From a bacterium (lineage in GTDB: Bacteria > Cyanobacteriota > Vampirovibrionia > Gastranaerophilales > JBAXKC01): a stretch of 64,000 nt of DNA. Below, one piece after another: positions 31,535-41,418 of this stretch; position 1 is the first letter of the stretch, and each line of letters begins with the position of its first letter. Position numbers and translations under genes: made by a program. Below the pieces are notes generated by a model, which had not been told where the DNA came from, did no database searches, and saw only the letters and a program-made list of their open reading frames with translations. The DNA lies in contig JBAXKC010000010.1 in the NCBI GenBank assembly GCA_037137535.1, positions 1 through 64,000 of the forward strand, in the 5' to 3' direction.

Positions 31535-34189
31535 TTAAGCAAGAGTAGATTTTAAATAAAGTAAAGCTTTATCTAAATTAGTTGGATCTTTAGCGCCTGC
31601 TTGAGCAAAATTAGGACGACCACCGCCTTTTCCTCCACAGTCAGAAGCAACTTCATTTACAATTTTTCCTGCATTTATACCTTTAGTCATAAAATCATTT
31701 GAAACTTTTGCAATTATAGAAATTTTATCTTCATTAACGGATGCAAAGACCACAATGCTTTCACCCAATTTATCAGCAATTTGTTCTACGGTTTGTTTTA
31801 ATAAATCTGCATTTAAACCATCAATTCTCTCTACTAATAACTTTCCACCATCAATATCAATAGCGTTTTTAGCCACATCAGACACTTTTCCAGCCGCTAA
31901 TTCAGCTTCAAGGTCCTTTAATTTCTTTTGCATTTGTCTGATGTCATCAGTCATTTTTTGAATTCTGGCAAAAACTTCAGTAGTTGGAGCTTTCATAGAT
32001 TTAGCAATTTTTTCAAGCTCTTCAGAGTGAGAGTTTAAATATTTAACTGCTTCATTTCCGCAAACTGCTTCAATTCTTCTTGTTCCTGCTGCAATAGCAC
32101 TTTCAGAAGTTATTTTACAAACTCTTATATCTCCTGTTGAACAAGCATGAGTTCCCCCGCAAAGTTCTTTGCTCACTTCTCCTAATGAAACAACCCTTAC
32201 TTTATCACCATATTTCTCATCGAATAAAGCAATTGCACCTGCTTGTTTTGCTTCATCAATAGACATTTCAGCTGTTTCTCGTTGAATATTATCGCAAATC
32301 CAGCCGTTTATAAGTTGTTCCACCTGTTTTATTTCATCAGGCGTCATTCCTCTATCAAAGCTAAAGTCAAATCTTGTTCTGTCAGGTTCTACCATTGATC
32401 CTGCCTGAGCAACACCATCTCCAAGAACTTTTCTTAACGCAGATTGCATAAGGTGAGCGGTTGTATGATGAATAGTTATTTCTTTTCTTCTAGCTTCATC
32501 AACTTCTGCATTTATAACTTCACCGACAGAAATTTTACCTGCTAATACTTGAGCTTTATGAATAAATAAACCTTCTACTTTTACTGTGTTTATAACTTTT
32601 GCTTCAAAGTTATCAGATTTAATTATACCCGTATCTCCGACCTGTCCGCCTGATTCAGCGTAAAAAGGAGTTTTGTCGAGGATAATATCAATATATTCTT
32701 CTTCAAATACTTCGATTTGTTTTCCATTTTCGACAAGAGCAATAACTTTGTTATTGTCTGATTTCAACTGATTATATCCAATGAAGTCTGTTTGACCTAA
32801 TTTATTCATTATTTCGACATAAAGTAGTTTATCGGTTAGGCTTACAGCTTGATGAGCACTTTTAGCTCTTTCTTTTTGTTCTGCCATAGCCTTTGTATAG
32901 CCTTGAACATCAACAGCAACGCCTTGTTCATCAGCAATTTCTACAGTTAATTCAAGAGGGAATCCAAAAGTATCATATAATTTAAATGCATCCTCACCTG
33001 AAATAACTTTGCTTTCTTGCTTTTGAGCTGTTGCAATTATTTCATTAAGAAGCCCTTCGCCTCTTTCAATTGTTTGTCTGAATCTTTCTTCTTCTTTTTT
33101 AACAATGTCTTTGATTTTATCTTTATTTTCAACTAATTCAGGATACGCTTCACCGTAATTTTCCACGATAACATCAACAAGGTTATGCAAGAAAGGTAAT
33201 TCTATTCCTAAAAGTTTCCCATGTCTTAATGCACGTCTTAGTATCATTCTAAGAACATAATTTCTTCCTTCATTTCCAGGTTTTAATCCGTCTGCAATTA
33301 AGAAAGTTACGCATCTTGCATGGTCTGTTATTATTCTTAAACTTATATCAGTTTTAGGATTTTCTTTATATGTTTTACCTGACATCTGTGCAACTTGTTG
33401 AAGTATAGGCAATAATAAATCAGTTTCAAAGGTTGAGGCTACACCGTTCATAACCATAGTTATACGTTCAAGTCCCATGCCTGTATCAACGTTTTTCTTT
33501 TCAAGAGGAGTTATTTTACCTTCTTCGTCTTGATTTAATTCCATAAATACAAGATTCCAAATTTCAACAAATCTGTCACACTCACAATTAGAAATATGAC
33601 AATCAGGACCACAGCTGTATTGTTCGCCAAAATCAAAATGAATCTCTGAACAAGGCCCACAAGGTCCACTTGGTCCCGGAGGTCCCCAGAAATTGTCCTT
33701 TTTCCCTTTTCTTATAATTCTATCTTCAGATACACCTACTTTATCTCTCCAAATAGCAAACGCTTCATCGTCTGTTTCATAGACTGTAATCCATAAACTG
33801 GATTTATCGAGTTTTAAATCTTCAGTAATAAATTCCCATGCCCATGGAATAATTTCACTTTTAAAATAATCACCAAAGCTAAAGTTTCCGAGCATTTCAA
33901 AAAAGGTATGGTGTCTTGGTGTTCTTCCTACATTTTCTATATCAGAATCTTTTCCGCCTGCTCTCGCACATTTTTGAACCGATACTGCTCTTGGTGGATC
34001 GGTAGGTTTTTCATAACCTAAAAATATAGGAACAAACTGCAACATTCCCGCTGTTGTCAAAAGAACAGTAGGATTATCAGGTATAAGACTAGAGCTTTTA
34101 ACGACTCTATGACCGTGTTTTTCCGAAAAGAATTCAATAAACTTTTTTCTTATTTCTTTTCCACTTATTACAACTTTGTTACTATTCAT
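31535..34189 (-). CDS. alaS: Alanine--tRNA ligase
   Basis: HHTFFEMLGNFSFGDYFK, DTGMGLER, HTTAH..ELCGGTH, GGKGGG; start set at ATG 34189 after GAGGA. Confidence 0.98.
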   Translation of the reverse strand: MNSNKVVISGKEIRKKFIEFFSEKHGHRVVKSSSLIPDNPTVLLTTAGMLQFVPIFLGYEKPTDPPRAVSVQKCARAGGKDSDIENVGRTPRHHTFFEMLGNFSFGDYFKSEIIPWAWEFITEDLKLDKSSLWITVYETDDEAFAIWRDKVGVSEDRIIRKGKKDNFWGPPGPSGPCGPCSEIHFDFGEQYSCGPDCHISNCECDRFVEIWNLVFMELNQDEEGKITPLEKKNVDTGMGLERITMVMNGVASTFETDLLLPILQQVAQMSGKTYKENPKTDISLRIITDHARCVTFLIADGLKPGNEGRNYVLRMILRRALRHGKLLGIELPFLHNLVDVIVENYGEAYPELVENKDKIKDIVKKEEERFRQTIERGEGLLNEIIATAQKQESKVISGEDAFKLYDTFGFPLELTVEIADEQGVAVDVQGYTKAMAEQKERAKSAHQAVSLTDKLLYVEIMNKLGQTDFIGYNQLKSDNNKVIALVENGKQIEVFEEEYIDIILDKTPFYAESGGQVGDTGIIKSDNFEAKVINTVKVEGLFIHKAQVLAGKISVGEVINAEVDEARRKEITIHHTTAHLMQSALRKVLGDGVAQAGSMVEPDRTRFDFSFDRGMTPDEIKQVEQLINGWICDNIQRETAEMSIDEAKQAGAIALFDEKYGDKVRVVSLGEVSKELCGGTHACSTGDIRVCKITSESAIAAGTRRIEAVCGNEAVKYLNSHSEELEKIAKSMKAPTTEVFARIQKMTDDIRQMQKKLKDLEAELAAGKVSDVAKNAIDIDGGKLLVERIDGLNADLLKQTVEQIADKLGESIVVFASVNEDKISIIAKVSNDFMTKGINAGKIVNEVASDCGGKGGGRPNFAQAGAKDPTNLDKALLYLKSTLA

Positions 34190-34395
34190 AAAATTATTCC
34201 TCATTCATAACAATTTTCAATGTTTATTGTTTTTATTTAATTGCTTAGAATTAGCGTATTTTAAACACAAAGGCAATGACAAAATATTGTTTTTATACTA
34301 ACTTATTCCTAAGTAAGCAACATTTTACATAAAACAAATCCCATTATAAACAACAGGTTTTTATTATAGTTCTCTTTGAGAGGTTAAAAGAAATT

Positions 34396-35100
34396 ATGAG
34401 TTCAGCAACAGCAACAAAAATCACCGAAAATAGTATTGAAAGCGAAATTCAAAAACCCTATCTGGCAGTTAAAAGAATAGCAGATATTATTTTTTCAACG
34501 GTAATTCTGTCACTTACAGCTCCAGTAATGGCATTACTCGTTGTTTTAATCAAAATGGAATCAAAAGGACCTGCTTTTTATATTCAAAAAAGAGTAGGGA
34601 AAAGCGGAAAAGTTTTTAATGTCTATAAACTTAGAACAATGTACACTGACATAAAAGAAGAAGGCGGAGGCTGCACAACAGAAACTAACGATCCAAGAAT
34701 TACAAAAGTTGGAAAATTAATAAGAGGATGTTCTCTTGATGAATTCCCTCAATTTATTAATATTTTAAAAGGCGAAATGAGTTACATCGGTCCAAGACCA
34801 ATTTCTGTCGAAGAGCATGAATTTGTATTAAGTTATCTTAAAAAAGAAAATAAATCTTGGCCACAAGGACTTTTTCATAGAGTAACCCCAGGCTTAACAG
34901 GTTGGGCACTTCTTCATGGAAGAGAAAAAATTTCTTATGAAGATAGATTCAAACTGAATGCTGAATATGAAAATAATATTTCAGCAATGTTTGACGCAAA
35001 AATATTTTATATGACTTTCAAAAAATATTTTTTCACTAATTTTTCAGTGTTCATCTTATTCTTAGCCACAGTAGCAGCTGCGTATTTCATTTTATTTTAA
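34396..35100 (+). CDS. Bacterial sugar transferase (polyprenyl-phosphate glycosylphosphotransferase)
   Basis: KRIADI, YKLRTM, DPRITKVG, SLDEFPQFINILKGEMS.IGPRP, PGLTGW. Confidence 0.92.
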   Translation: MSSATATKITENSIESEIQKPYLAVKRIADIIFSTVILSLTAPVMALLVVLIKMESKGPAFYIQKRVGKSGKVFNVYKLRTMYTDIKEEGGGCTTETNDPRITKVGKLIRGCSLDEFPQFINILKGEMSYIGPRPISVEEHEFVLSYLKKENKSWPQGLFHRVTPGLTGWALLHGREKISYEDRFKLNAEYENNISAMFDAKIFYMTFKKYFFTNFSVFILFLATVAAAYFILF

Positions 35101-35168
35101 AAAAATATCAAATAATCTATTGACAGAAAAATTTGAGCGTTATATATTAATAGTATCGGAAGAGGCAA

Positions 35169-35244
35169 GGGCGTTTAGCTCAGTTGGTAGAGCGTCTCGT
35201 TTACACCGAGAGGGTCGGGAGTTCGAGTCTCTCAACGCCCACCA
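35169..35244 (+). tRNA. tRNA-Val (anticodon TAC)
   Basis: Acceptor GGGCGTT/AACGCCC, D-arm AGCTCAGTTGGTAGAGC, anticodon arm TCTCG-TTTACAC-CGAGA, GTTCGA T-loop, encoded CCA; TTGACA -35 upstream and hairpin at 35246-35275. Confidence 0.97.
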
Positions 35245-35382
35245 TAAAAGAGATCATCGTAAGATGGTCTCTTTTATTTTTTATGTCGAAATTGTAGCGT
35301 ATCTTGATAGAATTAATCTGACAGCTCTAGTCTTATTTTAGCAACGTGTTATATTTTATTTCAGAACGAACGTACTGCTTAA

Positions 35383-35683
35383 AGCCTACAAACTGTTTAT
35401 ACTGATAAATTTAAAACATATGATGGATTAGTATTCAATGGCGACGAACACCACCGTATCAACCATTCTAAGGAGTTTGCCCGAGGTAGAAATCATATTA
35501 ATGTAATTGAAAGTTTTTGGAGCTATTGTAAAATGAGATTATCTATGTTTCATGGACTAAAATCAGAGGATTTTTACTTGCACTTAAAAGAGTCAGAATT
35601 TAGATTTAACAATAGAAACGAGGATTTGTATAAAATACTCATCCTCGTCGTTAAAGAGTTTTAGCGTTTTCTTATCTAGCCCC
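35383..35683 (+). pseudogene. IS1595-family (IS1016-like) transposase C-terminal remnant with right end
   Basis: Startless frame: VYTDKFKTYDGL..HHRINHSKEFARGRNHINVIESFWSYCK.RL..FYLHLKESEFRFN, stop 35662-35664; end CTTATCTAGCCCC resembles GGGGC-type TIRs. Confidence 0.85.
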
Positions 35684-36238
35684 TAATTTAAATACTTGTT
35701 CTTTAATTAATAAGTTTAATTTTTTAATATTTCTAAGTGGCACCGTACGCATGGTGCCATTGGTAGGTTCTTTAGTGTGAATAATTAATGATCCATAATC
35801 GAGCATACTGCCTAATAAGCCTTGATTTAAAAAGAAATCTGCTTTTATGTTATTTAAAAATATTCCTCGATTTTTCTTTCTATTTTTATTGTTAATGAAA
35901 AATAGACTAATAAGATAATACATTGCGCCAATTGGATATAATCGATAATTTGTAAGTATTAACTTATAAGAATAGTAATTAATTAAGACGAATAATGACA
36001 ATATCAACATAAATATAAAAAATGGTTGACAAAGCAAATCTCTAGTATCATGAGTTATAAAAGAAAGGACTAAAAAAGTTAACAGCATTAGTAAAAGCAT
36101 ATAAATATAAATTAATATAATCCAATGCAATTTTGCTATATAAACAATTTTTTCATCAGAAAGAATCTGGTCACCTAATAATTTATTTAGATCAATAGTT
36201 TTAAAAGACTCATCTGAACTTAATTTATTCATTTTCAT
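35672..36238 (-). CDS. Membrane protein, bacterial PH-domain-like
   Basis: LHW..two TM..LILTNYR..QGLLG.MLDYGSLII pattern. Confidence 0.65.
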   Translation of the reverse strand: MKMNKLSSDESFKTIDLNKLLGDQILSDEKIVYIAKLHWIILIYIYMLLLMLLTFLVLSFITHDTRDLLCQPFFIFMLILSLFVLINYYSYKLILTNYRLYPIGAMYYLISLFFINNKNRKKNRGIFLNNIKADFFLNQGLLGSMLDYGSLIIHTKEPTNGTMRTVPLRNIKKLNLLIKEQVFKLGAR

Positions 36239-36628
36239 TTATTTACTGTCATTCTAGTTTAATCTTTATAATTTTATTTATAATTTTCCACCTCTTTAAT
36301 TAAAACATCACCATAATAATATTTACTTAACTGTAACTAATATTTACAAAATAATTATTTAACTACAATTTTAATAATAGCCTAGTCATAACAATAAAAA
36401 TTCAATTTCTTGTATTAATTTCAATAAATACTTAAATCTTTATTAATTAGCGACAATGGAGTAATAACATCACTTTAATGGAATCTATTAATAGTTTTAA
36501 ATTAATTTCAATTAGCGATTTTATTCCATAATTTCTCTACCCTTTAAAATTAGCTTTATGTCGTATATTATAAATTTTATTTATTTTAAGATATACTTGT
36601 TGTGTATGCTAAAAACAAAGGAACTCGT

Positions 36629-37840
36629 ATGCATTTTTTTGAAAAAGTAAAGCCTTATGAATTGCCAAATGATGTAGGCAGATTTGATATTTTTGGGGGC
36701 AAATATGTTCCTGAAACACTAATGAAGGCATTAACCGAGTTAGAAAAAGCATTTTATGAAGCATGGAATGACGAAAAGTTTCTTGAAGACCTTTATAGTC
36801 TTATGCAATCATATTCGGGCAGACCTACTCCTTTGTATCTGGCGACAAGATTAACCGAACATTACGGAAAAGCTAAAATATATTTAAAAAGAGAAGATTT
36901 AAACCATACAGGCGCACATAAAATAAATAATGCTCTAGGACAGGTTTTACTTGCCAAAAGAATGGGCAAAAAACGTATAATTGCTGAAACAGGCGCAGGA
37001 CAGCATGGAGTGGCATGTGCTACTGTTTGCGCCCTTTTTGACCTTGAATGTGAAGTCTACATGGGCGAAGAAGATATAAAACGTCAAGCTGTAAACGTTG
37101 AAAGAATGAGATTACTCGGAGCTAAAGTAGTTTCTGTAACAAGCGGAAGCAAAACTCTAAAAGATGCTACAAGCGAAGCTATTAGAGATTGGGTTACTAA
37201 TGTTGAAGATACTCATTATATTATCGGATCAACAGTAGGCCCTCATCCTTATCCTGAAATGGTAAGATCCTTTCAGTCAGTTATTGGAAAAGAAGCAAGA
37301 CAACAGATTTTAGAAATAGAAAATACACTTCCCGATTATGTAATCGCTTGCGTTGGCGGTGGCAGTAATGCAATGGGAATGTTTTACAGTTTTATAGCGG
37401 ATAAAGAAGTTAAAATAATAGGAATTGAAGCGGCAGGCTGTGGAATAGACACAGATAAACACGCTGCAAGTATGACAAAAGGCTTTGTCGGCGTATTACA
37501 TGGTTCTATGGGTTATGTTTTACAAGATGAACATGGGCAAATTCAAGAAGCACACAGTATTTCAGCAGGACTGGACTACCCTGGAGTAGGCCCTGAACAT
37601 TGCTACCTAAAAGATAGCGGTAGAGTTCAATACTTGCCTATTACTGATGAACAGGCTTATGATGCTTTTAAAAGACTTTCAAGATTAGAGGGAATAATCC
37701 CTGCACTTGAATCCTCACACGCAATCGCATACCTTGAAGAACTCATGCCTCAAACTAAGAAAGATGAAATCGTTATTTTATGTCTTTCCGGTAGGGGTGA
37801 TAAAGATATGCACACAATTTTAAATTACAAAGATAATTAG
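36629..37840 (+). CDS. trpB: Tryptophan synthase beta chain
   Basis: [42 protein letters not shown]. Confidence 0.97.
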   Translation: MHFFEKVKPYELPNDVGRFDIFGGKYVPETLMKALTELEKAFYEAWNDEKFLEDLYSLMQSYSGRPTPLYLATRLTEHYGKAKIYLKREDLNHTGAHKINNALGQVLLAKRMGKKRIIAETGAGQHGVACATVCALFDLECEVYMGEEDIKRQAVNVERMRLLGAKVVSVTSGSKTLKDATSEAIRDWVTNVEDTHYIIGSTVGPHPYPEMVRSFQSVIGKEARQQILEIENTLPDYVIACVGGGSNAMGMFYSFIADKEVKIIGIEAAGCGIDTDKHAASMTKGFVGVLHGSMGYVLQDEHGQIQEAHSISAGLDYPGVGPEHCYLKDSGRVQYLPITDEQAYDAFKRLSRLEGIIPALESSHAIAYLEELMPQTKKDEIVILCLSGRGDKDMHTILNYKDN

Positions 37841-37861
37841 TAAGTATAGGCTTGAGAATAA

Positions 37862-39088
37862 ATGGAAATACAGGAAAAATTTGTAAAAGACGCTGAATTT
37901 TTAGCGAGAGGAACTGAAGTTTTACCGGGCGGAGTTACCGAGCTTGCAAAAAAACTTCAAAAAGCGTCAGAATCAGGGAAACCGTTAAGAATTAAACTGG
38001 GTCTTGACCCGACAAAGCCTGATCTTCACCTTGGTCATTCGGTTGTAATGAGAAAACTCAAGCAGTTTCAACAATTAGGACACAAAGTTGTTCTTCTTGT
38101 GGGTGGAGCTACCGCTATGATTGGTGATCCGTCGGGAAAATCCGATACTCGCCCAAGCCTTACTAAAGAAGAAGTAGATTACAACGCAAAAACTTATTTT
38201 GACCAGATGAGCAAAGTTGTTGACATAGAAAGAGCCGAAGTTGTAAATAATGCTGATTGGCTCCATCCTATGACCTTGACAGATCTTTTAAAGCTGTCAT
38301 CTCAAGTAACAGTTGCACAAATGATGGTTAGGGACGATTTTTCAAAAAGATACAGCGAAGGAAAGCCTATTTCCCTTCATGAATTTTTCTATCCTCTAAT
38401 GCAGGCTTATGATTCAGTTGTTATTGATGCTGATATCGAGCTTGGTGGTTCAGATCAAAGATTTAACGTACTGTTAGGTAGAGATATTCAGCTTGCTTAC
38501 GGTAAAAAATATCCTCAAATGGTAATTTTATTACCTCTTTTAGAAGGTACTGACGGCGTTATTAAAATGTCAAAAAGTTATCCTGAAAACTGTATAAGCA
38601 TTAATGAAGAGCCTAAAAATATGTATGGAAAACTTATGTCAATTCCAGATAATTTAATCGGCAGATATTTTGAACTTTTAACCGATGTTCCGACTGAAAC
38701 AATTGAAACCTATAAAATGGAAATAGAAGAAGCAATGGTTAATCCGAGAGATTATAAAATGCTGTTAGCTCGCACAATCGTTACTGAATACCACTCAGAA
38801 GAAGATGCAAAAAGAGCCGAAGAAGAATTTATAACCATTTTCCAAAGAAAAGGCTTACCTGAAGAAATTGAAGAAGTAAAAGTAGAAGAAAATGCTCCAT
38901 TATTAGACTTATTGGTTGACTTAAACTTTGTAGCAAGCAAAGGAGAAGCTAAAAGACTTATTCAAGGTGGTGGAGTTAAATTTGACGGTGAAAAAATCAC
39001 AGATTTAGCTCAAAAAGTTACTTTTGACGGAGATGAAGGCATAATTCTTCAAGCAGGTAAAAGAAAATTCGCTAAACTGGTTAAATAA
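37862..39088 (+). CDS. tyrS: Tyrosine--tRNA ligase
   Basis: GLDPT.PDLHLGH, YPLMQAYD, KMSKS, C-terminal S4 domain. Confidence 0.97.
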   Translation: MEIQEKFVKDAEFLARGTEVLPGGVTELAKKLQKASESGKPLRIKLGLDPTKPDLHLGHSVVMRKLKQFQQLGHKVVLLVGGATAMIGDPSGKSDTRPSLTKEEVDYNAKTYFDQMSKVVDIERAEVVNNADWLHPMTLTDLLKLSSQVTVAQMMVRDDFSKRYSEGKPISLHEFFYPLMQAYDSVVIDADIELGGSDQRFNVLLGRDIQLAYGKKYPQMVILLPLLEGTDGVIKMSKSYPENCISINEEPKNMYGKLMSIPDNLIGRYFELLTDVPTETIETYKMEIEEAMVNPRDYKMLLARTIVTEYHSEEDAKRAEEEFITIFQRKGLPEEIEEVKVEENAPLLDLLVDLNFVASKGEAKRLIQGGGVKFDGEKITDLAQKVTFDGDEGIILQAGKRKFAKLVK

Positions 39089-39091
39089 TCA

Positions 39092-39514
39092 ATGAAAAAT
39101 CTTTTAATTGTCTTTTTAATAGCACTTTTATTTCCAATGAAAGTAATGGCTGAAAGTGCAGAAATTCATGATTTTGAACCTCTTCACAGGGAAATTTACA
39201 CTGAATATGCGAAAGCAGCGATTAAAGAATTTTACATGCAAAAATGTCCAGATCCTAAATCACAACTGGAAAACATCAACTTCAATAAACCTATTATAGT
39301 TACTGCCGATGCGAAAGACGAGTTTGACATAAATATAAAAGTAGTAGGGGTTGCTTTTCCCGATGTATCAATAAAAGAATACTGGGATTTTGCATTACTT
39401 CAGATTGAAGACGGTTTAGTTACATCGATTCCATATAGAGCCTCAGCTGTTAGCGAAGATATGACAAGAGAATTATATCAGCAAGCTAAAAAGTATTTTA
39501 TTATCACTCATTAA
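39092..39514 (+). CDS. Hypothetical exported protein
   Basis: Signal peptide ending VMA; 3 bp after tyrS. Confidence 0.65.
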   Translation: MKNLLIVFLIALLFPMKVMAESAEIHDFEPLHREIYTEYAKAAIKEFYMQKCPDPKSQLENINFNKPIIVTADAKDEFDINIKVVGVAFPDVSIKEYWDFALLQIEDGLVTSIPYRASAVSEDMTRELYQQAKKYFIITH

Positions 39515-39573
39515 TTTCTTAACAAAATAAAACTCTGTATAAACAGAGTTTTATTTTTAGAATTACTAGGAAA

Positions 39574-41205
39574 TTAAACGCTTGCAGCCCAAGCAAATTC
39601 TTCATTTATTTTTTGAGTGAAGTTTTTTGTATTATCATCAGATGGAAATAAATTATCGTAATGAGAATCAGAAGTTTTTCCATCTGAACATTGAACGTTA
39701 TGTTGCATTAAATCATGAACACTTATATTCATCGGGAATAAATCAGCCATTGTTTCTAACGAAGGTAACCTTTTTTCACCATTATTCTCTAATAGAACGT
39801 CATGAACCTTATGTATTCTTGTTTCATTAGGTAAATAGTCTGTATTATCATCTGATGCAGCAGGACCAGTTGCAAATCTATCGGAATGTTTTTGTTTGTC
39901 AGCAGCTTCTTTAATACATTTTGCTTCAGCAGGTATTTGACCAAGACCGGCATTAAGTCCCATATTACCATATCTGTTTTCATTTTCTTCGCATCTTTCA
40001 CCGATGAAAGCTACGTCACCTTTACCTGTACGTTGTCTAATTTCATTTGTAATTTCCTGCATTTCATTATATGTCGGTAAAACACCAACACCTGCATAAT
40101 TACCTTTATCCCAGAATTCATAATAATTCCAATGATCTTCAGGCATTTTACCTTCAGGGAATTTATTTTTGTTATATCCACCTATGTGCTTTGCACTATC
40201 AAAGTATATAGCATCATAACCATCTTCAACGGCCTGACAACAAGCTTTTATGAACATTTCTTTACCTGTTGTTTTAATTTTTCCACCTTTTCCGTCATCA
40301 ACTTCAATTGCACCCCAACGGAAGTTTTGTCCGTTTATTTTCATCTGATCTTCGCTTATTACCATAAAGACACCTGTTTTTAGGCCTTTTACATGAGCAA
40401 GATCATTACTGGCTTTAATTAAATCTCTTTTAGACATTTTTACGCCATTATTTTCAAGTTTTTCAGGGAAAAGATCAGCACTATAATCAAAAGTCTGAGT
40501 TTTTGCATTAAATTTAAAATCATGAGTATATAATGAACTGGATTCATTGAATCCGTTAGCATAACCATCACCATAAGATACAGGGAAGATACCAGGCATT
40601 AAGATACAATTTGCAACACCTGAAGGATTGGCAGGAATTGCAGGGATCATTTTAACAAGTCCCATTATTCCATCTCTCATCAAGAAATTTGTATTACAGT
40701 TAGGATCTTTTACAGGTTTACCTAATGCTCTTGGAATAATTTCTATATAGTTAGCAAAACGTCCCCATTTATCACCATAATCAGGAGTTTTAATTTTATC
40801 GACATTTGCAGCTTTAAAATCAGCAATATTAAAAATATCACCTACTGCATCAGCTGTCTTTCTTTTAAGTAATTCGGGAGCAGAAGCATGAATCCATTTT
40901 TTCCAATCATTACCACCTACGGCATGAAATTCATGATTTTTAAGGAAGTCAGAACTGTATTTATAATCACTTCCTGGCTTAATAAAAGCAAGAAACTTTT
41001 TTAAACTGGGTTCATTATCGGATTTATGAATATTTGCTCCAAAATGAATAGCAGACAAATTCATTTTATTGTTATATAAACTTTTAAAATTTTCTTGAAC
41101 AATAGGATTAGAAGCTGTTTTTTGCTTAGATTGTTCTTTTGCTTTAAATGAAGACTTAGTTGCATCTAAATTTGACTGATAATTAAAACTTAAGCTTTTA
41201 ACCAT
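39574..41205 (-). CDS. Hypothetical protein with divergent GH13/alpha-amylase-like motifs
   Basis: GYDAIYFDSAKH, AFIGE and ASDD in the order of GH13 regions II-IV. Confidence 0.6.
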   Translation of the reverse strand: MVKSLSFNYQSNLDATKSSFKAKEQSKQKTASNPIVQENFKSLYNNKMNLSAIHFGANIHKSDNEPSLKKFLAFIKPGSDYKYSSDFLKNHEFHAVGGNDWKKWIHASAPELLKRKTADAVGDIFNIADFKAANVDKIKTPDYGDKWGRFANYIEIIPRALGKPVKDPNCNTNFLMRDGIMGLVKMIPAIPANPSGVANCILMPGIFPVSYGDGYANGFNESSSLYTHDFKFNAKTQTFDYSADLFPEKLENNGVKMSKRDLIKASNDLAHVKGLKTGVFMVISEDQMKINGQNFRWGAIEVDDGKGGKIKTTGKEMFIKACCQAVEDGYDAIYFDSAKHIGGYNKNKFPEGKMPEDHWNYYEFWDKGNYAGVGVLPTYNEMQEITNEIRQRTGKGDVAFIGERCEENENRYGNMGLNAGLGQIPAEAKCIKEAADKQKHSDRFATGPAASDDNTDYLPNETRIHKVHDVLLENNGEKRLPSLETMADLFPMNISVHDLMQHNVQCSDGKTSDSHYDNLFPSDDNTKNFTQKINEEFAWAASV

Positions 41206-41418
41206 TTATATTTTCTCCAACCCACCAAACATTCCTACCTGTTTTTATAAAGTAAGTAAATATGAAAAAATGCTATTTCTATCGCCAAATATTAATTAAA
41301 ATTTACAATAAAACTTGATTGATTAAAAAAACAATTTAATCTAGAGTTTTAAAAAATAAAACTAAAAAATGAGGTCATAGCTGTTAGCAATGACCTCATT
41401 TTTTTATCAAAGATTAAT

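Noticed and set aside
34190-34395. T-box leaders for alaS or trpB-tyrS
   Set aside because: No T-box consensus (GGTGGNACCGCG) in either upstream region.
35120-35341. 73-aa ORF in the track
   Set aside because: It overlaps tRNA-Val and starts at the tRNA -35 TTGACA; spurious.
35169-36600. Integrated element or prophage at tRNA-Val
   Set aside because: No integrase and no duplicated tRNA 3' end seen in the window.
41268-41288. Sigma54 promoter upstream of the GH13-like gene
   Set aside because: GG and GC are 11 nt apart rather than the required 10.
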